Shown here in pieces: positions 41,192 to 49,749 of a stretch of 64,000 nucleotides of DNA. Under the pieces are notes generated by a model. The model was not told the origin of the DNA. It did not search any database and saw only the letters and a list, made by a program, of their open reading frames with translations. Position 1 is the first letter of the stretch, and each line of letters starts with the position of its first letter. The DNA comes from Truepera sp. (GTDB lineage: Bacteria > Deinococcota > Deinococci > Deinococcales > Trueperaceae). The stretch lies in assembly GCA_965218435.1 (NCBI GenBank), contig CBDCKW010000005.1:620835-684834 (forward strand), given 5' to 3'. The position numbers were made by a program, and so were the translations under genes.

Positions 41192-41860
41192 ATGCTGCAA
41201 ACTCTCCTTTTTTTCGGCCCCGAAGACGCTGTGAGCCAATCTGTAACAGCTTGGTTCGCCACAAACGGTTTTGCCATCGACCACATCACGCCAGACTCCA
41301 ATGATTTCCTCAATTCTGGGCTCATCGGCCTCCTCCTCAAAAGCGTCACACCGTATGTCATTATGCTTTATCCAAAGCCTCTGAAACAGGGGGTTTTTTT
41401 GGAGACCACGACTGAGGACTGGGACGCAGCTCTCCAAACCATTGAAGCCGTCACCTATCTCTTGCAAGCGTCGGCCCAGCGCCTCAATGAACTCGGTCGT
41501 GGGCGCATTCTCGTTCTGAGTCACGTTGCGGCGCTGGCGCCGTTTCGCGGCCTTAGCCTAGTGGGAACGACCCTCACGGCGGTAACAGCGCTCATCAAAA
41601 TGGTGGCGTTAGAGCTAGCGCCGTGTGGCGTCACCGTGAACGCCGTGGCGGTGGGGCCGCTTCTTGAAGGTCTGCCCGAGGCTTCCAAAGCCCGCCTGGC
41701 CGCAGACACGCCGCTGGGCACGGACACAGGTCTCTCGCTGGCTAAACTGTGTTTATTTTTGGCTTCCGAGGCGGCCGACTACATTACCGGGCAAACCATG
41801 CCCGTCGACGGCGGATTTTTGCTTACACGCGGCTCGGGGCTATCTCCTTATGCAGGCTGA
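41192..41860 (+). CDS. Degenerate SDR-fold protein lacking the cofactor and catalytic motifs
   Basis: C-terminal ALELAP.GVTVNAVA.G and ADYITGQ..VDGG are present; there is no TGxxxGxG or YxxxK. Confidence 0.7.
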   Translation: MLQTLLFFGPEDAVSQSVTAWFATNGFAIDHITPDSNDFLNSGLIGLLLKSVTPYVIMLYPKPLKQGVFLETTTEDWDAALQTIEAVTYLLQASAQRLNELGRGRILVLSHVAALAPFRGLSLVGTTLTAVTALIKMVALELAPCGVTVNAVAVGPLLEGLPEASKARLAADTPLGTDTGLSLAKLCLFLASEAADYITGQTMPVDGGFLLTRGSGLSPYAG

Positions 41861-41863
41861 GTG

Positions 41864-42865
41864 ATGGCGCACATAAAGACGATGGCCGACCTGGCACGCT
41901 TGGCGGGGGTATCGCCTTCTACCGTATCTAGGGCGCTGAGCAAGCATCCTTCGATTCCTGAGAAAACCCGGGAGCGCATCTCCGCGTTGGCGGCCAGACA
42001 CGCCTATCACCCGAACATACCGGCGCGAAACTTGCGCTTGCAGCGGTCAAACACGGTCGCCGCCGTGTTTCCGCAAAGCCAGCGGAGTGGCCGACGAATG
42101 TCTGACCCATTTTACTTAGAAATCATGGGCGCCATTTCTGATGAGCTGAGCGTGCACGGGTATGACCTTCTGGTGTCGCTCACCCGGGGAGAAGAAACCT
42201 ACCAGCGGTATGTGCTCGACAAACGGGCCGACGGCTTGTTGATTCTCGAGCGGGACACCGAAGAGAAAGGGGTAAGGCAGGTGCAGGCGGCAGGGGTTCC
42301 GTTTGTCGTTTGGGGACCGAGTTTGCCGGGCCAGAGCTACGTTTCGGTCGGCGGCGACAGTTTTTCGGGCGCGCAACAAGCCGTGGCGCACCTGCTCCGC
42401 ACCGGCCACACCACCATCGGCTTTGTCGGGGGTGACCCGACCATGATCGAAACGCAGCAGCGCTACTTGGGGTTTGCCCAGGCTTTGCAGGCAGGGAATC
42501 AAAGGCTCGACGCACGCCTTGTCGCTTATACCGACTATACGCCACAAGAGGCCAAAGTCGCGGTGAGGCGAATGGTCCAAGACGTTCCGAGCCTAGACGC
42601 CGTCTTTTTCTGTAGTGATTTCATGGCGGTCGCTGCTTTTGAAACCTTGCGGCAGGCCGGGAAACGCATTCCTGAGGACGTTGCAGTGATCGGCTACGAT
42701 GACATTCCCTTAGCAGCGCATTGCCATCCAAAGTTGACAACTGTGCGGCAGGAGGTTTACGAAGGCGGCCGAGGGCTGGTAAAAAAACTGCTGCTGCTGC
42801 TGGCCGGGGAACAGCCCGATTCCGAGATGCTCGACGTTTCGCTACGACTAAGGGATTCGGGGTAG
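41864..42865 (+). CDS. LacI family transcriptional regulator
   Basis: TMADLARLAGVSPSTVSRAL, YHPN..AR.L, IPEDVAVIGYDD and LTTVRQ. Confidence 0.95.
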   Translation: MAHIKTMADLARLAGVSPSTVSRALSKHPSIPEKTRERISALAARHAYHPNIPARNLRLQRSNTVAAVFPQSQRSGRRMSDPFYLEIMGAISDELSVHGYDLLVSLTRGEETYQRYVLDKRADGLLILERDTEEKGVRQVQAAGVPFVVWGPSLPGQSYVSVGGDSFSGAQQAVAHLLRTGHTTIGFVGGDPTMIETQQRYLGFAQALQAGNQRLDARLVAYTDYTPQEAKVAVRRMVQDVPSLDAVFFCSDFMAVAAFETLRQAGKRIPEDVAVIGYDDIPLAAHCHPKLTTVRQEVYEGGRGLVKKLLLLLAGEQPDSEMLDVSLRLRDSG

Positions 42866-42923
42866 GCGAAACCCCGCAGAGGTCGCAGCGTTGCTTCGGC
42901 TGCGTTGCTTGTGATAAGGTTGA

Positions 42924-42937
42924 CGCAATCGATTGCG
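42924..42937. promoter_or_regulatory. LacI-type operator CGCAATCGATTGCG (copy 3)
   Basis: Perfect 14-bp palindrome just before the GGAGG RBS of the Gfo gene. Confidence 0.8.
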
Positions 42938-42953
42938 CCCGGAGGAAAACGTG

Positions 42954-44120
42954 ATGCCGACTGCGGCAGTGATAGGTACAGGTTTTATCGGCCCCGTTCA
43001 CGTCGAAGCTTTGAGACGTCTTGCCGTGCCGGTCAAGGGCGTTTTGGGCTCGAGTCCCGCCAAGAGCGGCCAGGCAGCTTCGGCCTTGGGTCTCAGCGTG
43101 GCTTACGCAACTTTGGACGAACTTCTCGCGGACGATGAGGTCGGGGTTGTTCATATCGCCTCGCCCAACGAGCATCACCTCGAGCAGGCCTTGAAAACTC
43201 TCAAGGCGGGCAAGCATGTGATATGCGAAAAACCATTAGCGCTGAACACGGACGAAACGAGCCGCCTCGTCGCTGCAGCCCGAAACTGTCCTGAGGTGGT
43301 AGCGGCGGTCAACTACAATGTTCGCTTTTATCCGCTGGCGCTGCAGGCGAGGGCGCTCATACAAGCAGGTGCGTTAGGGGAGCTGTACACGGCCACGGGC
43401 GGCTATACCCAAGATTGGCTGCTAAAACCTACCGATTGGAACTGGCGGCTCGAACCGGGCAAGGGCGGGCTGCTCAGAGCGGTCGGTGATATCGGTACGC
43501 ACTGGATGGACCTGATCAGCTTTATAACGGGTCAAAAAGTCGTCAGCTTGCTGGCAGACCTGGAAACCTTTGTCAAGCAGCGTTACAAGCCAAGGGGCAG
43601 CCCCGAAACGTTTGTAGGGGCGTCGTCTGCCGAGTATACCGTCGCTGAGACCACGTTGGTCGAGAGTGAGACCGAGGATTTTGGCGCAGTGTTGTTTCAC
43701 TACGAAAACGGGGCGCGGGGCGTGCTGAACGTCTCGCAAGTCAGTGCAGGGCGCAAGAATCATCTCAGCTTCGAACTTTCCGGTTCCCGTTCGGCGCTCG
43801 CCTGGGACAGCGAAATGCCCAACCGCCTATGGCTAGGTCACCGCGACCGGGCCAATGAAATCCTCGTCAAAGATCCCTCGCTGCTGGACGTTTCGGTCGC
43901 GCCTTACGCAAATTATCCGGGCGGCCACACCGAGGGTTTTCCCGATACCTTCAAGCAACTCTACCGCGCGGTCTACAGTTACTTGCGAGCTGGAGACTTT
44001 TTGGTACCCAAACCTTTTCCAACTTTTGAAGACGGCCACTATGAAGTTTTGCTCTGCGAAAAGATAGCGCAAAGTCACCGCGAACGCCGCTGGATCGACG
44101 TTGCAACAGGAGGATTATGA
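42954..44120 (+). CDS. Gfo/Idh/MocA oxidoreductase
   Basis: IGTGFIG, HVICEKPL and DIGTHWMD. Confidence 0.93.
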   Translation: MPTAAVIGTGFIGPVHVEALRRLAVPVKGVLGSSPAKSGQAASALGLSVAYATLDELLADDEVGVVHIASPNEHHLEQALKTLKAGKHVICEKPLALNTDETSRLVAAARNCPEVVAAVNYNVRFYPLALQARALIQAGALGELYTATGGYTQDWLLKPTDWNWRLEPGKGGLLRAVGDIGTHWMDLISFITGQKVVSLLADLETFVKQRYKPRGSPETFVGASSAEYTVAETTLVESETEDFGAVLFHYENGARGVLNVSQVSAGRKNHLSFELSGSRSALAWDSEMPNRLWLGHRDRANEILVKDPSLLDVSVAPYANYPGGHTEGFPDTFKQLYRAVYSYLRAGDFLVPKPFPTFEDGHYEVLLCEKIAQSHRERRWIDVATGGL

Positions 44121-45049
44121 ACCTGGGATTTGTAAGCGCTATCTTGCCCGACCTGAGCCTTGAAGAGGTGTTGGCTTACGCTGCCTACGAAGGCTTCGCG
44201 TGCGTTGAGGTCATGTGTTGGCCGAGTTCGTCGGCGGACAAACGTCGTTACGCCGGCGTGACGCATATTGACGTCGACAAGCTGGACCAGCCCGAGATTG
44301 AGCGGGTAGGCGGCTTGTGTCAAAAATATAAGGTTGCCATTTCGGGTCTCGGTTACTACCCGAACCCACTGACCGAAGACGTAGACGAGCGCGAGGTGTA
44401 CACCAGTCACATCAAAAAGGTCATCGCGGCGGCTGCGAAGTTAGGGGTCGGCGTTATGAACACGTTCATCGGCCGCGACCAAAAGAAATCCACCGAAGAG
44501 AATTGGCCTTTGTTCAAAGAAGTGTGGCCGCCTCTCATCGCTTACGCAGAAGACCAGCAGGTTCGCGTTGGCATCGAAAACTGTCCCATGCTCTTTAGCC
44601 TTGACGAATGGCCAGGGGGTAAAAACTTGGCTGTTTCGCCAGAAATCTGGCGGGCGATGTTTGATGTAATCCCCAGCCAATATTTTGGCCTAAATTTCGA
44701 CCCTAGCCACCTCCTATGGCAAGGTATCGACCCCCTGCGGGCCATGCGCGAGTTTCATGAGCGGTTTGTGCACGTGCATATCAAAGACGAAAAGATTTTG
44801 AAGACTTCTCTTTATGAGCTGGGCGTCCTCGGTCTAAAGTGGCACGTTCCCAAAATTCCGGGCCTCGGTGACATTGATTGGGCAGAGTTTTGTGAGACGC
44901 TCGAGGATCTTGATTACCGGGGGGCGGTATGTATCGAGGTTGAAGACCGGGCCTTTGGAGATAGCCTCGGGGGCCGGAAGCGAGCGATTCACGAGTCCAA
45001 ACGTCACATCGACTTAGTTACCGCGAAAGGCGAGCCTGGGGGGGCGTGA
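44117..45049 (+). CDS. Sugar phosphate isomerase/epimerase (xylose isomerase-like TIM barrel)
   Basis: IENCPM, FDPSH, HVHIKD, PGLGDIDW and IEVED. Confidence 0.9.
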   Translation: MNLGFVSAILPDLSLEEVLAYAAYEGFACVEVMCWPSSSADKRRYAGVTHIDVDKLDQPEIERVGGLCQKYKVAISGLGYYPNPLTEDVDEREVYTSHIKKVIAAAAKLGVGVMNTFIGRDQKKSTEENWPLFKEVWPPLIAYAEDQQVRVGIENCPMLFSLDEWPGGKNLAVSPEIWRAMFDVIPSQYFGLNFDPSHLLWQGIDPLRAMREFHERFVHVHIKDEKILKTSLYELGVLGLKWHVPKIPGLGDIDWAEFCETLEDLDYRGAVCIEVEDRAFGDSLGGRKRAIHESKRHIDLVTAKGEPGGA

Positions 45050-45102
45050 AAGGCAAACGGGTGAGTCGGTTTTCATCCGGTTTAATCAATCTACGCCTGT
45101 TA

Positions 45103-45132
45103 TGGACACAGAGTGGTCCGTACCAGTATAGT
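45103..45132 (+). promoter_or_regulatory. Promoter with operator TGGTCCGTACCA (copy 3, reverse complement)
   Basis: TGGACA-18 nt-TATAGT; operator at 45114-45125. Confidence 0.75.
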
Positions 45133-45159
45133 GGAAGCCAAACATCTTCAGGAGGAATT

Positions 45160-46194
45160 ATGCGCTTCAAACTCGTCGCGGTTCTGCTCAGTCTTCTCTC
45201 GTTAGGCGCGGTCGTCGCTCAGTCTTATACGATTGGGGTATCCAACGGTTTTATCGACAGTGAGTGGCGCACTCAGATGCTCACGGATATCGAAGACACC
45301 GTTGCCGACCTCAAAACTCAAGGCATCGACATCACGCTTGCGGTTGAGAGCGCGGACGTCGACGTCCAAGGTCAAATTCAGCAACTGCAAAACCTTATCA
45401 ACCGCGGCGTCGACGCCATCATCATCGACGCCAACGATCAAAACGCTCTCAACCTCACGCTTGAAGATGCGGTCGATGAGGGGATCGTGGTCATTGCGGT
45501 CGACCAGGAAGTGAGTGCGCAAGGCGTTTACAACGTTGCCATCAATCAAAAAGCGTGGGCCAAGGAAAGCGCTCAGTGGCTGGCTGAAACCTTAGATGGC
45601 AAAGGCAACATCATTTTGATAGAAGGCGTGGTCGGTCACCCCGCCAACGAAGCGCGCATGGCCGGGGTCGCCGAGGTGCTGGCTGAGTATCCGGATATCC
45701 AAGTGGTCGGACGCGAGTCGGGCAATTGGGACCAGGCTACCGCTCAACAAGTGACGTCTGACCTATTTGCCTCCGTACCCGACATCAACGCTGTTTGGAC
45801 GCAAGACGGCATGGCCCAAGGGGTCTGGACGGCGGTACGCACGGCCAACCCGAGCCCTTTCCCTATTGGTACTGGGGAAGGTCACGCGGGGTACATCAAA
45901 CTTTGGAAAGAAATTCTGGCTGAGCACCCCAACTTTCAATCCTACGCGGTCTGCAACCCGCCTGGACAGGGTGCCGACGGTTTGCGCGTCGCTGTAGAAC
46001 TGCTCATGGGCAAAGAAATAGATGACAGCAAGCTCGGGGGTGACTTTAGCAACACGCTGTATGTCCCGATTCCTTGCCGGGTCACGGCGGACAATCTAGA
46101 CGCAATGTACGAGATGTATAAAGACAGTCCCAACACATACGTTCTCGACGGGACGATTAGCCAAGAGGACGCTGCCAGCTTCATGAAGCAGTAG
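45160..46194 (+). CDS. Sugar ABC substrate-binding protein (orphan)
   Basis: Signal peptide MRFKLVAVLL..VVAQ, IGVSNGF..SEWR and GVDAIII; GGAGG RBS. Confidence 0.9.
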   Translation: MRFKLVAVLLSLLSLGAVVAQSYTIGVSNGFIDSEWRTQMLTDIEDTVADLKTQGIDITLAVESADVDVQGQIQQLQNLINRGVDAIIIDANDQNALNLTLEDAVDEGIVVIAVDQEVSAQGVYNVAINQKAWAKESAQWLAETLDGKGNIILIEGVVGHPANEARMAGVAEVLAEYPDIQVVGRESGNWDQATAQQVTSDLFASVPDINAVWTQDGMAQGVWTAVRTANPSPFPIGTGEGHAGYIKLWKEILAEHPNFQSYAVCNPPGQGADGLRVAVELLMGKEIDDSKLGGDFSNTLYVPIPCRVTADNLDAMYEMYKDSPNTYVLDGTISQEDAASFMKQ

Positions 46195-46229
46195 CGGTTT
46201 AGGGCAGACACACGTGAGGGGCTTGAAGG

Positions 46230-46261
46230 TGCCTAGCCGGGGAGCACTCCCCGGCTAGGCA
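46230..46261. other. Strong GC-rich hairpin downstream of the SBP gene (terminator or mRNA stabiliser)
   Basis: TGCCTAGCCGGGGAG-CA-CTCCCCGGCTAGGCA perfect inverted repeat; no downstream U-tract on +. Confidence 0.6.
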
Positions 46262-46410
46262 TAAAAAAGGGCTTGGCTACTGAAAACCTGACCCTACAGG
46301 CTTGTATCTAGCGCTTTCCCAGTGATCAAGGATCGGACAAGGGCTATGTCCTTATTTAGCTTAGGCTAGGTGGGTACGAGTTCTCTTCCTAGGGTTTATG
46401 AGGTATCGAA

Positions 46411-46569
46411 GTGGCTGAGCTTTTCGGACGGTGCTGGACTCGCCAAGAGCTGCGCGAACATGTTGGCGACATTTCAGCCGATACCTTTACGCTCACCCCT
46501 AAAGAGTTCTTTGGTGAAGGCTATACAGGTTATGTACAAATCTCAGAACTCGAGTTGTATGGCTACTAG
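46411..46569 (+). pseudogene. Chimeric remnant: DUF4432/aldose-epimerase-like N-terminus fused to an unrelated C-terminus
   Basis: Hand translation VAELFGRCWTRQELREHVGDIS|ADTFTLTPKEFFGEGYTGYVQISELELYGY*; GAGGT RBS. Confidence 0.5.
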
Positions 46570-46756
46570 GAGAGGTGTTCCAATTTCTTTACTACTCGAG
46601 TAAAGTCACGAACCCTGAGCAATATCAATACCACTGCACAATGATGGCTGAGAAGCAAGGCTGACTTAGTTGCAACACCATAGAGTATTCGTCGCGTGCC
46701 ATTCGTCTAATCCAACGCATGGCTTCCTGACTCAGTCAGCTTGGTATCCTCACTGA

Positions 46757-48214
46757 GTGGCCCGCACTCCCACTCTGAGCTTCGACCGTGGCACCCTGAT
46801 CTTGCACCCGCCGCCACGCGGCAAAGCGTGGGTCGACTTCGCCACCTGGGACGACCGGGTCGAGAAGTTTCGAATCCCGGCGCTGCATTACCGGTCTCTG
46901 GTTGAAGTGCTCAAAAACACAGGCACCGAGGTCACCGACAAAGCGAAAGCGTTTGGGATTCAGCCGTTCGAGAAAGCGGGGGCCAGGGAACCGCTCACGC
47001 ATCAAGCTGAAGGTCTCTCGGCTTGGCTGCAAGGGGGTCGACGCGGTACGGTCGAGTTACCGACCGGGTCGGGCAAGACGTATCTGGCGCAGCTGGCGAT
47101 GCGGGCTACCCCGAGAGACACGCTAATCGTGGTGCCCACCCTCGTTTTAATGCACCAGTGGTACGCCGAGCTCAAAGCGAACTTCGTCGGCGTCGACGTC
47201 GGCCTACTAGGGGGCGGCTCGAACGACCGGACGCCTATCTTGATTGCGACGTACGACAGCGCCGCCATTCACGCCGAAGCACTTGGCAACCGGTATGGCC
47301 TGCTGGTATTCGACGAATGTCATCATCTACCTTCAGGGTTTTATAAAAGCATCGCCGAGTACTCACTCGCTCCGTACCGTTTGGGACTGACAGCAACGCT
47401 CGAGCGTAGTGACGACAAACACCAAGAACTCGACGAGCTGATCGGGCCGCTGGTCTACCAAAAGAAACCTGAGCAGCTGGCCGGTGGGGCGTTAGCCGAC
47501 CACAAGATCGTGCAGCTCCGGGTTGAACTCTCGAACGACGAACGAGCACGTTACGACAAGCTTAGAAATGTTCGCGACGCCTTTTTAAGTTCAAACAATA
47601 TTTACCTGGGGACGCTCGAAGGTTGGCAGCGCTTTGTGATGGCAAGTGCAAGATCGAAAGAGGGACGCGCCGCCATGCTCGCCCACCGGGAAGCCCGGGC
47701 GTTGGCGTTCGGCACCGAGGCCAAGCTAAGGGTGTTGCGTGAACTGCTCGAGCGCCACGCTACCGATAGGCTGCTGATTTTTACCGACGACAACGCCACG
47801 GTCTACCGGGTCTCACAAGCACTTTTGATTCCTGCGATTACTCATCAGACCAAGGTCAAAGAGCGCGACGAGACCCTCACCCGGTTTCGCAGTGGCGTCT
47901 ATCAAAGGGTCATCACCTCGAAAGTCCTCAACGAAGGCATCGACGTACCCGAAGCCAACGTCGCCATCGTCTTATCGGGGACCGGTCAGGTGCGTGAGCA
48001 TGTCCAGCGGTTAGGTCGCATCTTACGCAAGGGCGAAGGCAAACTGGCGCTACTCTACGAAGTTGTCGCCGCCGACACCGCCGAAGAGGGCACCTCGAGA
48101 CGGCGGCGGGGCGAAGACCGTCCTGGTTCGGCTAGACGACCAGAGCCTGAGAGCAGACCCTTATTCGATACCACCGACAAGATCGACGAACCTTTAACGT
48201 TTGAGGACCTTTAA
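46757..48214 (+). CDS. XPB/Rad25-like SF2 DNA helicase
   Basis: PTGSGKT, FDECHHL, GLTAT, EGIDVP and QRLGRILR; leaderless TATCCT-6nt-GTG. Confidence 0.92.
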   Translation: MARTPTLSFDRGTLILHPPPRGKAWVDFATWDDRVEKFRIPALHYRSLVEVLKNTGTEVTDKAKAFGIQPFEKAGAREPLTHQAEGLSAWLQGGRRGTVELPTGSGKTYLAQLAMRATPRDTLIVVPTLVLMHQWYAELKANFVGVDVGLLGGGSNDRTPILIATYDSAAIHAEALGNRYGLLVFDECHHLPSGFYKSIAEYSLAPYRLGLTATLERSDDKHQELDELIGPLVYQKKPEQLAGGALADHKIVQLRVELSNDERARYDKLRNVRDAFLSSNNIYLGTLEGWQRFVMASARSKEGRAAMLAHREARALAFGTEAKLRVLRELLERHATDRLLIFTDDNATVYRVSQALLIPAITHQTKVKERDETLTRFRSGVYQRVITSKVLNEGIDVPEANVAIVLSGTGQVREHVQRLGRILRKGEGKLALLYEVVAADTAEEGTSRRRRGEDRPGSARRPEPESRPLFDTTDKIDEPLTFEDL

Positions 48215-49452
48215 TGCTGACGACCGACCTGCTCTTACACCGCTATAACGGCGAAGAGGTCACTCCGACCCGGTTGCCGCTCGACCGTAAGAACCTAGCT
48301 TTGGCTGATGAAGTAATGGCTGTCTTTTTTGAAAACAGGGGTAAGAAACGCCTCGAGCTCGATGAACAGCTTCTTGCACTCGAGGGAACCGAAACCGACT
48401 ACCGGGTCAAACGCGGTCTGGCACACCTCCTGACTACCGGCTTCTGCACTTTCGAGACGGTGAGTCCGTTGGAACCGGTGGCGTTACGTGAACGGGTCTT
48501 CAGCCTCTCGGCCACCCGAACCCCGGGCGACCAGATGACAGCTCTAACGCTGCAAGAGGTCGCTGACGCCTTGACGCAAGAACTAGGTCGAGAGGTAACC
48601 CCGGAAGGAGTCAGTGAAGGACTCTACGCCGACCTCGCTGAAAACCAGCTTCTAATTGGCTTTGAAGCTCCCGCGAACGAAGCCCTCTTGCACCGCTACA
48701 ACCTCGCCCAGGTGCAGGGCGTCTTGTACCGGGCGTCCGAACTCGTCATTACCGCCCACCGTAACGATCCAGGTGAATACAAGCTGTTGTTCCGTTACCT
48801 CAAACTGTTCGGGTTGATGACGACCATCGAAGGCGACGCCGATCACGGCTACACCATCACCATCGATGGCCCGACGAGTGTCTTTGGCTCGAGCACCCGT
48901 TACGGGGTCGACTTAGCCAAGTTCTTACCCGCCTTACTCCACGTCAGCCGCTGGGAGCTGACCGCTACGCTTGCTCCTCGCACACTACCGGACGGTCGGG
49001 AAACACCGAACCGCTTCACGCTCGAGTCGGGGTGTGGGCTCGTCTCGCACTATAAGAAGGGCAAGGTGTTCGACAGCATCATCGAGGAGTCATTCTCAGC
49101 AAGCTGGGCCAAGACCAAGACCGAGTGGCGTTTAGAACGAGAAGTCGAACTCGTACCCCTTCCTGGCAGCGTGATGGTACCCGACTTCCGGCTGGTTCAT
49201 CCGGATGGGCGTACCTTTGTGCTGGAGATCGTCGGCTACTGGCGTCCTGAGTATCTCAAGAAGAAGTTCTTCCAGGTCGCCCGTTCAGGTCGCGACGACA
49301 TCATCTTGCTGGTTTCGGAGCGGCTCAACCTCGAGAACGCTGGTGTTAAGGTACATGAGACACCGGCTAAGGTGGTGTGGTTCAAGGGCAAGGTCAATCC
49401 CAAAGATGTGCTGGCCGTACTCGAGGGTGCTGCAGCTGTGAGTAAAGCCTGA
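48214..49452 (+). CDS. DUF790 / Bax1-like endonuclease
   Basis: YNLAQVQGVLYRA, IDGP.S.F..TRYG, FDS.IE and PDF..LEIVGYW; coupled to the helicase (TAATG). Confidence 0.9.
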   Translation: MLTTDLLLHRYNGEEVTPTRLPLDRKNLALADEVMAVFFENRGKKRLELDEQLLALEGTETDYRVKRGLAHLLTTGFCTFETVSPLEPVALRERVFSLSATRTPGDQMTALTLQEVADALTQELGREVTPEGVSEGLYADLAENQLLIGFEAPANEALLHRYNLAQVQGVLYRASELVITAHRNDPGEYKLLFRYLKLFGLMTTIEGDADHGYTITIDGPTSVFGSSTRYGVDLAKFLPALLHVSRWELTATLAPRTLPDGRETPNRFTLESGCGLVSHYKKGKVFDSIIEESFSASWAKTKTEWRLEREVELVPLPGSVMVPDFRLVHPDGRTFVLEIVGYWRPEYLKKKFFQVARSGRDDIILLVSERLNLENAGVKVHETPAKVVWFKGKVNPKDVLAVLEGAAAVSKA

Positions 49453-49488
49453 CCTGAAGTGTCAATACGGGTCGGCTACACTAAGACC

Positions 49489-49749
49489 ATGACGTACACT
49501 ATCGACCGCTTTGAAGATAACAACCTGGCGGTCCTGGAAACCGACGACAGCACTACGGTAGACGTGCCTCGGACTCAAGTACCCCCTGAAGCCAAAGAAG
49601 GGGATGTGCTCATCGAGCTAGCCGAGAACGACTTCGACGGTGAGGTTCGTTACGCCGTGGACGTTGAGGCGAGCGAACAAAGGCGACGCAAGGTGAGTGA
49701 CCTGCGGACCTCTCTCCCTACGGTCGCTGAAGGCGATATAGAGCTGTGA
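49489..49749 (+). CDS. DUF3006 domain protein
   Basis: TIDRFE..AVLE..P..AKEGDVL; leaderless TACACT-6nt-ATG. Confidence 0.85.
   Translation: MTYTIDRFEDNNLAVLETDDSTTVDVPRTQVPPEAKEGDVLIELAENDFDGEVRYAVDVEASEQRRRKVSDLRTSLPTVAEGDIEL

Noticed and set aside
46230..46268. Canonical rho-independent terminator
   Set aside because: The hairpin is followed by an A-run rather than a U-run on the transcribed strand; reported only as a hairpin.
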